A DNA stretch of 64,000 bases from NCBI RefSeq assembly GCF_006345805.1, contig NC_043012.1, positions 55,180,001-55,244,000 of the forward strand, in the 5' to 3' direction. This DNA is from Octopus sinensis. Taxonomy: Eukaryota. The notes under the pieces were generated by a model that saw only the letters and a list, made by a program, of their open reading frames with translations, searched no databases and was not told the DNA's origin. Both the position numbers and the translations under genes were made by a program. Within the stretch, counting starts at the first letter, position 1. Every line of letters starts with the position of its first letter. Below are positions 26,231-38,873 of this stretch, piece by piece.

Positions 26231-27850
26231 TTGAGTGGTGAGGATACAAACACAAACAAACACACATACAAAGGAGAAAATGTTTTGCCAGTATTTTTTC
26301 TAGCTTTATGCATTTTAAGTTTTAAAATCCTGCTGAAGTCAACCTTGCCTTTTGGGATCCATCTGGGTTCAATAATACAAAATACCACTCCAGGCTAGAG
26401 GAATGACAAAATTGTTAGAACAGTGAACAAAATACTTTCTGATTTTAGTTTCAGTTCTTTATTTTCTGAATACCAAAGTAGGTGTGGTGAATATACCTGT
26501 ATTGAACCTACAAAATGGTATCTTGCTAAAAATATCTGGAAGAAGGTAATAGGAAACCTCACTTGTATACTCTCACAAAAACTCCTTGATAAATTTGTAG
26601 CCCTTGTCAAGGATACTTGGGAGCCTTTTATGATCAGATGGCTCACAAAGAATAGTTGATAGCTTCTTATTTTGGTTCGGAATTGATTGCATGTTGTTGT
26701 TGTTGCTGCTGTTTGACAATGCAAGCAACTAAGACCATGTCCCAAATACAGATATTATTCTGAAGAGCAGCCAACCAAGTTGATGCAGATTCAAGGAGTA
26801 ATAGGTCCTCAAAGAACAAGAGTTTTCGGCAGCTCAAGAAGTTCCATCTCTTCCTGTTTCTGTACCAACACTTGAGTTTTATGAAACAGATGTGGTGGAA
26901 GACACGGGACAAAGTATTGAAGGCCAATCTCAAAACGCTGCACTCTGTAAAGGAGATGGCAGAGGACCGAAATATGTGGTGCATACCTACCACCACAGAA
27001 TTGAGGTCCCAAAATCAAGGTACCATGTAAAAAGCATTGGTGTGGGTGCTGGTGTCATGTAAAAAGCACTAGTGCTGGTGCCACATAAAAAGTGCTCAGT
27101 ACACACTGTGGAGTGGTTGGCATTAGGAAGGACTTCCAGCTGTAGAAACCAAGACAATGGAACCTGGTGTGGATCATGGCCCTGTCAAGCTGTCCAAGCC
27201 ATGTCATCATGGAAAATGGACGTTAAATACTGATGATGAAATTTATCCACTGGAGAGGTTGAGGGTTAATAAAATACACCCTCAAAAGCTCCTCAAGTCA
27301 TATAGATTCTGAGGGCCAGTTTCCTGAATTCTGTGGCACACTTTCCCCTTGGATGGGATGCCAGTCCATTGCAGGAATACTCATTTTCTGTCAGCTGAGT
27401 GAACTGGAGCAACATGAAATGAAGTGTTTTGCTCAAGAACACAATGCATTATCTGGTCCAGGAATTTAAACCACAATCTTACAATCAAGTGTACTACCCC
27501 AACCACTAAGCCACATGTCTCCATGTACACTCTTAAAAACACTTGTCATTTACACTCTGCCTTACTAACTTTACTATCTACAGCAATGGACAGCCTGTCA
27601 TTCTTTGGTGGTATAGTGTCTGCTAAAAGATTTGGTCCACTCTAGCCATGTATGGGAATACCTGATGCTGCTAAAATGCAAGAACCAAGTAGTTTGGCTA
27701 CTGTCATTGTTGGATAGCCAAACTATTCTATCAAGACAGATCTGTTTAAATAGACCAAATTTTAGCCAGGTTGGACCTAAAAAAAGTTAAAAGTTAAATC
27801 ATTAAAAAGAATTGGACTCAACAAAACAGTAATTATTTTGCAAAGATATC

Positions 27851-27856
27851 TTTATT
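27851..27856 (-). promoter_or_regulatory. Probable COPG polyadenylation signal AATAAA (3' UTR about 400 nt)
   Basis: AATAAA on the minus strand followed ~20 nt later by a GT/T-rich element (ctgttttgttgag). A second AATAAA lies at 28020-28025. Confidence 0.5.
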
Positions 27857-28251
27857 GTCTGTCATCTTTTAGAACAAGAACTGAAATAGCTGAGTTGTTA
27901 TGAGTTCCAATGAAGCTGAAATATCATTTAAAAATGAAATAGGAACAAAAACCATAACAAATGAAATTCTTATAAAAGGAATAAATTATCCATCTTTAAA
28001 AAAACAATCAATTAATTTGTTTATTCTAAATATCAGTTCTGTTTGAAATTTGCATTCTATGTTTTTTAAAAATATTTTTTAATTAACAGAAGAAAAAAAA
28101 ATCATATGATTAAGTGTAACAGAAACATACGCTACATTGGAAGTGTATGTGTTGCAAATAAAGATTAATATATCAACCCAAGTAATCATTCTAATGTATG
28201 TATATATATGTATATATGTAATGGGTTTCTTCACTTTCCCCATATTATCTT

Positions 28252-28484
28252 CTAGCCAACAGCTGAAACAAGGATTTCTGAGACAATAGGATCTGAAGAG
28301 CGAACAGTAAGTTGCATGGTTACTCCACCCTCAGTCAGTGCTAACTTAGCTCGGAGCAAAGCATCGTGGCCACCACGGAATACACCAGCCAGATATAAAA
28401 TATGTGAATTCTTTCCTGAAGGAACTTTATCAGATCTTTCACATGGTTGCATACCAAGATACTGGATAATATTCTTGACAGCTT
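28252..28484 (-). CDS. COPG: gamma-COP terminal coding exon (233 nt incl. TAG; [22 protein letters not shown]...EILVSAVG*)
   Basis: C-terminal part of ORF 28252..28749; [12 protein letters not shown] and LAGVFRGG motifs. tttgcAG acceptor, stop at 28252-28254. Confidence 0.97.
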
Positions 28485-29344
28485 CTGCAAATAAGAAAAT
28501 TGGAGCAAATGAATGAGTTAACCTTGAAGCTAAGTACACAGTAAAGAACATGTAATGGAGTTGTCCTTTTACAACAAATAGAATCTTGAAATTATGGAGA
28601 TGTACTTGCATAGCGAGTGACTTGATCTGAGATCGTGTGCTGGAACGAAAACAATTGCAGCGTGACAAATGAAATTTAAATGTTGAAGTGAATCTAACAG
28701 ATTTTGTGCGTTTCTTAAATGGCTTATAAAGAACCTTGAAATGAAACATAGCTTTGGTGTAATATATTTGGTCTAAACAAACTATGCAAAATAAATCACT
28801 AGACCCATCTAAGAGAAAACATTACAGAGGTCAGTAAATATAGGCATGCCTATGTGGTTGAGAAGTTTACTCTACAACCATGTGGTTTTGGGTTCAATCC
28901 CACCACAAAGTATCTTGTGCAAGTGTTTTCTACCATAGCTCTAGGCTGACTATGAATGATTTGGTAGATGGAAACTATATGAAACCCATCATGGCGACCT
29001 CACTTGTGCTAATGGCATGAAAAGATCATGCAGTACACACTATAAAGTGGTTGGTGTTATGAAGGGCATCTGGCCATAGAAAACATGCCAAAGCAGATGC
29101 TGGAGCACAATATGATCTTTGTGTCCACTGAATGCTGTCGAATTGTCTGAGTCATTCGACTATGAAACATGAACATTAAATGATGATGATGATTTGTGAC
29201 AGATCATGCTTTTCTTTCGTTGGGCTTAAATATCATTTGTGGACTCATTGACTGGTTTAAAAAACCCACATCAGATGCCATGATAGATGTAAGGTGTAAG
29301 TACAAGAGGTGGTCAAACTCAGCACAAGGAGTAGATAACCACCA

Positions 29345-29396
<52 letters not shown>

Positions 29397-30579
29397 CACA
29401 CATATACATATGGAGAAAAAGAGAGAGAGACACACACAGAAGCACATGTATGTGTGTGTCTGTCTATGTGTTTACATTTATGCGTCTCTGAAAATTAGAT
29501 GTGGAGACATTTTCCCTGTTAACAAATTGTGTGCAAGCTTTGCCCCTTTGAAGGCATGTAGACCAAGTGAGCCCTTACTTGAAAAGCTAATGACAGGAGG
29601 GGAATCCAGCAGTAAAACAACGCTTCAATAATAGAGTCATCTAACCTAGTATTTCTGTCCACATTCCACATATGGCCACTTCATCTTTATATTTTTTTTT
29701 GTTTTGAGACAGTGTATTTAAGACAGGAGGGTATGGTTGGAAGGAGATTTGAGTGTTATTTCTAAGAGGTCCAGCAATCAGGGATCCTTCACTGAAGTTT
29801 TCAAGTTAGAAAACACATACATACCTACATATATATGTAGGTATGTTTGTATATTTATATATATATATATATGTTAGATTTAAAATTAAAATTTAGAATT
29901 TAAAATTTATGTGTTGGGTATGTCCCTAATAGTATGCCAATACAGAATGTTCACTGCCTATGGTTACCTGGCGTCATCAACAGTAATTGCGCAATTATCA
30001 CTGGATATATATTAGGAATTCCTCAGTAGAGACAGAAGAAACTTGATTTATCACAATGATATAAAGTTTCAACTGTATTCCATCTTCCGTTTCTATTATA
30101 TATGTATGTGCATATGTTGCATGCACACATACATTTGTCCATGCTGGCATGGGTTGGACGGTTTGACCAGGGCTGGTAAGCTGGAAGGCCGTATCAAACT
30201 CCAGTCTGATTTGGCATGGTTGTCTATGGCTGGATACTCTTCCTAACATCAACCACTCTGAGAGTGTAATGGGTGCTTTCATGTGCTACCAGCACAGGTG
30301 CCATTTGCATGACACCTGTATCTGCTACGGCTGCAATTTTGCTTGGCTTGATGGTCTTCTTCTTCTCAAGCATGACATAATGCCAAAGGTCTTGGTCATT
30401 ACCTCCGTGAGGCCCAACACTCAAAAGGAACTCAGCCACTTTGCCTCTATACATATATAAATATACACAAAGAAATAGTCTTTGATGTATTCTAAGGTTT
30501 TAACTGTGGCCCATTGAGCTGTTGTAATTCAATTTTAAGAGAAAAGATAACGAAACCAAGGAGAAATCTTTTTATTTAC

Positions 30580-30718
30580 CTTCCAGAGTTTTGACTGATG
30601 ATAAAGAAAATGTGTCTTCCAGTTCATTGGCAGGACCGACTTCTTCCCAAGAAGCACCAAAGTTGGGCTTCATCACACGCTGTACATGGTCAGCGACACT
30701 AATGTCAATGTCTTCAAG
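30580..30718 (-). CDS. COPG: gamma-COP exon (139 nt; [28 protein letters not shown]...SSVKTLE)
   Basis: LED.....ADH.Q.V.K.NF...W motif. tttttAG / GTaaat, phase 0-1. Confidence 0.96.
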
Positions 30719-31165
30719 CTAAAAAAAATATAATGCATATGTGAGCGTCTTATTCATGGAATTTCTTCTTTTTCAATGTAAATTGTACAAAACCTGGTTA
30801 ATTCTTTAATTACCATATTTACCTGTCTATAAGTCGTATTATTTCATATATGATTTTAACTGAAAAAAACTGGGGTGCAACTTACATGTGGGGCAAAGCC
30901 AAAAATCTATGAAGCAAGAAATGTTTGCATTAAGATTCAACACTAAGTTAGGGATGCAGTTTATACACAAGTAAACATGGTATTTAATATTGAAACAAAA
31001 ATTTAACTATATTAGAACTTTGCTTTGCAACTGTGTTGTGTGAAAGCAGGTTTGACACCTCCACTGTGGGTTAGGGTTTTCTATTACAACCTCTGGCTGA
31101 CCAATACATTGTGAATGGAATTTGGGAAATGAAAACTGTGCTGAAGCCCATCACCATATACATAC

Positions 31166-31215
<50 letters not shown>

Positions 31216-31221
31216 CAGAAA

Positions 31222-31502
31222 CAATCCAACCAAAGAACAAATATATGGGAAATTACCACCTGTATCATCTCTTGTGAAAGGTAGAAGAGTCCAGTTTGCT
31301 GGACATTGTTGTAGAGCTGAAAACGAGGTCATTTCTACTCTTCTCCTCTGGAAGCCATCTGCTCGCGATACCAGAGGGTGCACACTCTCCTACCCTGATG
31401 TAATCTCCAGGGATACAGGCATCCAGCAACAGGACCTCTGTAATGCTATGATGGACCGTGAAGTCTGGCATAACATAGTAAATTCCATTGTCTCAACCAC
31501 GG
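31222..31502 (+). mobile_element. Young 5'-truncated RTE-clade LINE 3' end, copy 1
   Basis: ORF 31274..31567 ([27 protein letters not shown]...DREVW). Roughly 95% identical by eye to copies 2 and 3. Confidence 0.9.
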
Positions 31503-31883
31503 TATATATATATATATACACATACAAGTGCAGACATGACTGTCCAGAGACCAAATTTGCTTTGTAACCATATGGCTTCAGGATCAGTTCCACTGTATGG
31601 TACCTTTGACAAGTGGTCGTCTTGGCTTGACTAATGCCTTGTGAGTGAAACCGATTGATGTTATTTTATAGTTCATGGATAGCAGCTGGGGTTTCAGTGT
31701 ATGCGAATGTGATGATAATGTAAACTACATTTGATTAAGGTATCTTGGGTCCAACAAGTAGCTAGAGGATTACCCCTCATTTGGGTAATTAAACTTCTTC
31801 CAAGTTTCTGCTAGCTATGAAACATATGGAGCCTGGGTTTTTATCTACTCCATTCTCTTATTTTGTATGTATATGTATGTATG

Positions 31884-31914
<31 letters not shown>

Positions 31915-32695
31915 CAAAATGGGACAAGAACGCAAAACATTCAGAGAGCTAGGTGATACAAAAAGGGACAACAAAACATTCAGATAGATGATACAAAGAA
32001 AACAAAGTCTATCTAGATGTTTTGTTGTCCCTTTTTGTATCACCTAGCTGTCCAGATGTTTTGTGTTCTTGTCCCATTTTGTATTTGATATATATATCTC
32101 TTTTACTCTTTTACTTGTTTCAGTCATTTGACTGCGGCCATGCTGGAGCACCGCCTTTAATCGAGCAACTTGACCCCGGGACTTATTCTTTTGTAAGCCC
32201 AGTACTTATTCTATCGGTCTCTTTTGCTGAACTGCTAAGTAACGGGGACATAAACACACCAACATCGGTTGTCAAGCAATGCTAGGGGGACAAACACAGA
32301 CACGCATATATATATATATATATATACAACAAGCTTCTTTCAGTATCCGTCTACCAAATCCATTCACAAGGCTTTGGTCGGCCCGAGGCTATAGTAGAAG
32401 ACCTTGCGTACGTACACTTTGTTCTCTTATATATATAAATACAGACACATGCATACACACACGTGATGTGTGTGTATCTGCATATATTTGTATAAATATA
32501 TTTACTTGAGTGTGTGTGTGTGTAGATGACTACATGTATATTGTAAATATGTAAATGTGTTTATAATTACACCAGTTGTTGTTTATTAATGTCCTTTTAA
32601 TGTTTGGCAGCTTACCAGTTTGATAAACAGATTTACATAAAACCGTGAGAAAATCAAGGGAGTGGAGAGAGGAAAGGTTTCGTGATCCAACTTAC

Positions 32696-32793
32696 CACAT
32701 ATTCATCTGGGTAGCCATCATCATCTGGTTCTCCTGTGTTAGGATCACAGTCTTTGACAATGAATTTTAGGCTGCAGCTGAATGTTGTAGTCA
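32696..32793 (-). CDS. COPG: gamma-COP appendage exon (98 nt; [33 protein letters not shown])
   Basis: KF.VKDCDP.TGE.D..GY.DEY motif. cttcAG / GTaagt, phase 1-0. Confidence 0.96.
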
Positions 32794-33234
32794 CTGAAGT
32801 GGAATAAAAATAATAATATAAAGAAATAATTCATAAAAAAAAAAATTTTAAATCCTTAAAAGAAACCTTTTAAAAAATCAGATAAAACAAAAAAAAAAAT
32901 TTAAAAAGCATAAAGACATTCTTTTTTTTAAAGTAATACAAAGGAGGTGCAAGCAAGGCAGAACAATTATAACATGGAGAATGTTCACAGAAAACTTGCA
33001 CTTCATTGGTCACAACGATGAGGGTTCCAGTTGATCTGATCAACAGAGCAGCCTGGTGCTTTCAGTTAATTGTGCCAGTGATGAGTAGATCTGATGATCC
33101 TTCTGTTGTCAACCTTCACCTGTTTCCAGGTTAGCCTGCATTACTCCATAAGGAGCAGCCTGCTTGTGAAATATTATGTAGATATTACTAACACCTCAGC
33201 CCACTGCTACCCAAAAAAAAAAAATGGCACTCAC

Positions 33235-33403
33235 CTATGGTTTCATCTTCGGGGAGACGTACAAGTACATAGGTTGTTCCAGGCTGGTCATATGGTAAAT
33301 TCTGACAAGGAACTGCTTTTAGCACCTCAAAGGGATCTGTTGATTCTAAGTGTACTGTGACATTTTCAAGTTTCTGGTCATTAAGAGTGTTGATGCAGTC
33401 AAA
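33235..33403 (-). CDS. COPG: gamma-COP appendage exon (169 nt; [17 protein letters not shown]...[12 protein letters not shown])
   Basis: FDC.NTLNDQ.LENV motif. tttcAG / GTgagt, phase 0-1. Confidence 0.96.
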
Positions 33404-34423
33404 CTGAAATAAATAAACAATACAACATTCATACAGAATCTACCAGTGGATTGTTTCTCTCTTAAAACATTTCTGGATGGCTTGTTTCTCTTTAAGCAAA
33501 GGTGAAAGGTTTTTAAAACTGCATTCAGCAGAGAGGCCCTGGTTTGGGGAGTTCCGGGGTTTTGAGTAGTGAAGAACCAGCCCTTAGCTCCAATTGTTCT
33601 GGGTTTACACTGATGCAAAGCAGTTAGGGTCCCAGCTATGGGTTAAATAGCATGTAACCACCTCAGCCAGGGTTTGTTGAAATCATAGGATGCAGCAAGG
33701 TGGATGTGAACTATTTCAGCAGGTGAACTGATTGAATCAATAGCAAATAGATGTGGAGCAGATGAACAGGCAACAAAATAATACTTGTATGACAGCGACA
33801 CTCATCATCATCATTTAATGTCTGTTATCCATTCTGGCATGGGTCGGATGGCTTGACCAGTGTTGCCAAGCAGTACCAGACTTGAGTCTGATTTGACATG
33901 GTATCTATGGCTGGATAGATAAAGGGCAGCAAAATGGCAGAAACGTTAGCACGCTGGGCGAAATGCTTTGTGGTATTTCGTCTGCCGTTACGTTCTGAGT
34001 TCAAATTCTGCCGAGGTCGACTTTGCCTTTTATCCTTTCGGGGTCGATAAATTAAGTACCAGTTACGCACTGGGGTCGATATAATCGACTTAATCCGTTT
34101 GTCTGTCCTTGTTTGTCCTCTCTGTGTTAAGCCCCTTGTGGGTAGTAAAGAAATAGGTATCTATGGCTGGATGCCCTTCCAAATGTCAACCATTTTACAG
34201 TGTGTGCTTGTTTTTAGTGACACCACACAGACGTTTTTACATGGCACTGCCATGAGTGCTTTACACCACCAGAGTGGCCAACCTTAACATTGCTGCTGCG
34301 GAGTACGGGTCTTCTTGAGTACAGCTAGGCACCAAGCATTTTGGTCCTTTGTCATCTTGCCTGAAGGGTTCAGCTTATACATGGTACTGCACAGGTGCTT
34401 TTATGTATCACCGTACACATTTA

Positions 34424-34694
34424 CGACCATGGTCAAGACAATGGAATTTACTATGTTACGCCAGACTTCACGGTCCATCATAGCATTATGGAGTTCCTGT
34501 TGCTGGATGCCTGTATCCCTGGAGATTACATCAGGGTAGGAGAGTGTGCGCCCTCTAGTATCGCGAGCAGATGGCTTCCAGAGGAGAAGAGTAGAAATTA
34601 CCTCGTTTTCAGCTCTACAACAATGTCCAGCAAACTGGACTCTTCTACCTTTCACAAGAGATGATACAGGTGGTAATATCCCATATATTTGTAC
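34424..34694 (-). mobile_element. Young RTE LINE 3' end, copy 2
   Basis: ORF 34401..34715; near-identical to copy 1 in opposite orientation. Confidence 0.9.
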
Positions 34695-34977
34695 ACCAGA
34701 GAAACTGCCTCTCAAGCAATGTTAAGACAAGGACACATTAACACACACACATGACAGGCTTCTTTCAGTTTCTCTTTAACAAATCCACTCACAAGGTTTT
34801 AGTCAGCTCAGGGTTAATGTAGAAGACATTTGCCCAAGGTGCTACAGAGTGGGGCTGACCCTGAAACCATGTGGTTTGCAAGCAAACTACTTATCCACAC
34901 AGGCACACCTGAGCCTCTAAAGCTACCTAAAGTAACTCAAGAAGTTAAACATGAACTTTTAATAGAAATCAATTTAC

Positions 34978-35120
34978 CTGGAACACAATGTAATGAGCAA
35001 AAGTATGCTTGATACATCGTACGACATACTCTGTTTCTTCTTCTGTCAGTTCAACTGGTTTAGTTGAGGATTTGAATAATGGTCCAAGATTACTGAATTC
35101 TGGAATGTTACTTAATTGCT
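34978..35120 (-). CDS. COPG: gamma-COP appendage exon (143 nt; [19 protein letters not shown]...[17 protein letters not shown])
   Basis: LGPLFKSS and ETEY..RC.KH motifs. ttacAG / GTaaat, phase 1-0. Confidence 0.96.
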
Positions 35121-36189
35121 CTGTAATTAAACGAAGAAAAAAAAAAGTTACATTTTTAATAGAATAAACAAATTTCAGTGGTGCTTACAGTTAATTGTGC
35201 CAGTGATGAGTAGATCTGATGATCCTTCTGTTGTCAACCTTCACCTGTTTCCAGGTTAGCCTGCATTACTCCATAAGGAGCATAGCGCCAGTTTCCTGGA
35301 TGGGATGCTGGTCCATCGCAAGGTCACTCATTTTTATCAGCTGAGTGGATTGGAGCAATGTGAAATGAAGTGTAGAATGCAATGCATTGCCTGGTACAGG
35401 AATCGAAACCACAATCTTATGATCATGAATCCAACATCCTAACCACTAAACCATGTACCTATTCCCAATGTGATATTACCCCATGGCCAGATATGTTTTC
35501 CATGAAATATGTATTCATGTTGGCATTAGGAAGGGCATCCAGCCGTAGAAACACTGCCAGATTTGACTGGGCCTGATGAAGCCTACTGGCTTCACAGACC
35601 CCAGTAGAACCGTCCAACCCATGCTAGCATGGAAAACGGACGCTAAACGATGATGATGATGATGGGCTTCGAGTTTCTGTCAACCAAATCCACTCACAAG
35701 GCCAAGGGGGATTGAACCCGAGACCATGTAGTTGGAAAACAAGTTTCTTAACCATGCAGCCATGCCTGATTGTTGGTATTGGGATGGGCTTCCAGTTGGA
35801 GAAATCATGCCAAAAATGTAATGTAATGAGCAACACATGGTATTCCAACCTGTCTAAGAAGGTAGTATTTCTAAATAAGAATTATGATCTGACCAATCCA
35901 TGCCAGACCAGAAGGTGAACATAAAATGATGATGGTGTTGCTGATGACATCCACGAAAATATTACCAGTGAGAAAACAAATATCTTAGTCTTATCCAGGG
36001 AAAAGTTTGTCTCACATCAATTTATATCTATAGAAAAAATGAAATTAATCACCAGTTTTCATGTGGTTCTGTGTAGAGCTTTGGAAGATTAAATGATGAC
36101 AGAGGAATTGTCATGACAGAGATGTGACAAAAAAAAAATAAATAAAATGGTAAACACAGAGGAACAGGGAAACCTGGTTTGCTACTCAC

Positions 36190-36261
36190 CAGCATAAACA
36201 TCTTGTCGAGTTGAAGCAACTTTTTCTGGTTTATCCCTAACAGTTTCTCCTGGTTCCATAA
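36190..36261 (-). CDS. COPG: gamma-COP linker exon (72 nt; VMEPGETVRDKPEKVASTRQDVYA)
   Basis: KPEKVASTRQ resembles the vertebrate linker KQPEKVAATRQ. T-rich acceptor ttttAG / GTgagt, phase 1-1. Confidence 0.9.
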
Positions 36262-36834
36262 CTAAAAGCAAAAAAAAAATTTTAATTAAAACAAAAACAA
36301 TATAACATGTATACAGAGGTGGTTCGCAGAATTGATAACTACTTCACTTACTTAAGCCCTTCGCTCTCTGTAGAGCTTTGGCTACTGACAGCTTTTTGCC
36401 AATGTTATCAGCTTGGGGCCCGTCCTCCTCTCCCAGATCTTGCTGGTTTTTAATTGTCATTGATGCTTCTGTAACTTGGCCGTTTTTCTATGTAGGGGTG
36501 TTGGCCCTACACAAACCCATTTTTACCTCTGGGAAGAAGTGGTCTTTATTATTCTGGCCCATCTTTTGACCTGCCAGTATGGTGATGGTGGTGGAGGTGG
36601 TAGTAGTGGGGAACTCTACTAGACGCTTGCACTCTGCTGGTACAGCTCAGAGGGTCATTGAATCACACAAGCCACACCACCGCAATAGCGACTGAACCAT
36701 GGAATGGAGACTCGATAAAGCACTGGTCAAAATACCTACTTTTTCTTTTAGTGGTTAGACATGTTGTATTACAGTAGTGCACAATACATACATGAACAAC
36801 TGTCTGATATGACTATTACTAAAATCACAACAGC

Positions 36835-37160
36835 AAAGGCACATGGCTCAGTGGTTAGAGTGTTGGGTTCACAATCATGAGGTAGTGAGATCGATTCCAA
36901 GACCGGGCTGTGTATTGTGTTCTTGAGCAAGACACTTTATTTCACGTTGCTCCAGTTCACTCAGCTGTAGAAATGAGTTGTGAGATCACTCGTGCCAAGC
37001 TCAACCTTTGCCTTTCCCTTAGATAACATAGGTGGTGTGAAGAGGGAAGGCTGACATGCATGGGCGACTACTGGTCTTCCATAAATATCCTTGTCCAGAC
37101 ATTGCCTTGGAGAGGAACAGTTTAGGTACAATCCCATGGTCACTTATGACTGAAGTGGGG
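36835..37160 (+). mobile_element. SINE family F (long tRNA-headed SINE)
   Basis: GGCACATGGCTCAGTGGTTAGAG head. Reverse copies at ~3452-3785 and ~45895-46228. Confidence 0.8.
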
Positions 37161-37332
37161 TCTAAATTTACATGTAGCTTTCATCTTTTTCTCGACAATT
37201 GTTTGGTTTTTATGACTGAAGGGGGTCTTTACTTATTTTAAGAACACAACTAAAATTCAATTATGGTTTTATCTTACAAATTAACATACAAGTTTATCAT
37301 TATTTCACAAAATATTGAATATGTCATCTTAC

Positions 37333-37461
37333 CAGTTCTTTGTTCAACAATAGGCTGGGTTTCAAGTGGTACAGTCTTCATGTCAAATGGCACATCTGAT
37401 GCGTCGCTTTGAGAGTATTGGTGCAAAGCACGTTCCAGGCCAACCACTGACACCTGTAAGC
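37333..37461 (-). CDS. COPG: gamma-COP exon (129 nt; GLQVSVVGLERALHQYSQSDASDVPFDMKTVPLETQPIVEQRT)
   Basis: Seen in ORF 37274..37531. ttaaaAG / GTaaga, phase 1-1. Confidence 0.94.
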
Positions 37462-38653
37462 CTTTTAAGAAGAATTGCATGTAAAGAATTAGAGATTTAT
37501 TAAATGAGATATTACATTTACCCTTTAGCATTCAGATTACTGACAAATGTAATGCTTATTCATTCACATTGTTTTCAATTACTTTGAATTAATCTTGCAT
37601 TATCTTGTAACTTCAAGATTTCGATGATATGGTTATTTAGTGTTAGAATGACATTGCAAGGTAGGTGTAAGAAGCCAGATCCGGTCAGTTTGAACATAAA
37701 CTGGCACTCTGTTGGTTATGACAGCGAGGGTTCCAGTTAATCTGATCAACAGAACAGCCTGCACATGAAATTAATGTACAAGTGGCTGAGTACTCCACAT
37801 ACACATGTACCCTTAACGTAGCTCTCAGGGAGATTCAGCATGACACAGAATGTGGCATGGCTGGCACTTACTTTTGCCAGTTGATTGGACTGGAGCAACA
37901 TGAAATAAAATGTTTTGCTCAAGGACACAATGTGCTGTTAGGAATTGAACTCACAACCATACAACTGTGAGCAGAATACCCAAACTACTTAACCATGAGC
38001 CTTCACTCTTGAACATAAAACAGATAGAATATTTGGGCTGGAAATGGCCCAGATTAAATGCTAAAGGATTAAGTATCTACATTGCCTTGAATGGCTTCCA
38101 TGCCAGTGGCACGTAAAAAGCACCAACCAATCATGGCCATTGCCAGCCTCCTCCGGCCCCTGTGCTGGTGGCGCGTAAAAAGCACTATATATATATCTAT
38201 CTATCTATATATATATATGTATAGAGTGTTTGAAGTGGTGTACAGATATTGTATATTAAGAAGAAGGGGTCAGTCAGAATTTTGGATAATTCTTTATTAG
38301 AACTTTTGTTTATTTAATTGAACTCTTGAAGATCTAAAGAGTTTGATTCAACAAACGAAAGCGCTAATAAAAAATTATCAAAATTCTGATTTCCTCCTTC
38401 TTCCTAGTACGTATATGGTATTTTATTTCTGTAATTGAATTGATTGGGTGCGGAAACAGCTGTAGGCAGGAACTTCCCTGCATGAATTTGAATGTCTTTA
38501 AATAAATATGTAAGTCAATTTTATCCATTTTCTTCATTTTCTCATTCATAAAGTTTTTTCTAAATACCTATACATTTCAATGATAAACTAATATATTTGA
38601 TTTTCACTGAACGCTGGTATAAACTGGAGAACTAGGATGCTCACATCCCTTAA

Positions 38654-38873
38654 CCCTTTCGTTACCAACCGGGCTGAAACCGGCTCTGGATCTGAGTATA
38701 AATGTCATGTTTTCATAAGTTTTGAATTAAAATCTTCCACCTAACCTTAGTCACAATTTATGTTCCTAACAGTAGCTGAATGATAATTAAGTTATTTTAC
38801 TAAATTCTTTGTTATATTTAAAGTAATTGAAAGAAACACAGAGCATCTCAAAATAAATACAGTAATGAAAGGG
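38654..38873. mobile_element. piggyBac-type MITE (220 bp), copy 1
   Basis: TTAA|CCCTTTCGTTAC ... GTAATGAAAGGG|TTAA. Confidence 0.9.

Noticed and set aside
27690-27725. 11-bp perfect stem just downstream of the COPG poly(A) region
   Set aside because: Short, isolated, and with no supporting motif.
33054-33157. Box C/D snoRNA call for the duplicated 104-mer (GTGATGA, CTGA present)
   Set aside because: The boxes are on the strand antisense to the host gene and there is no terminal D box. Kept only as an unexplained duplication.
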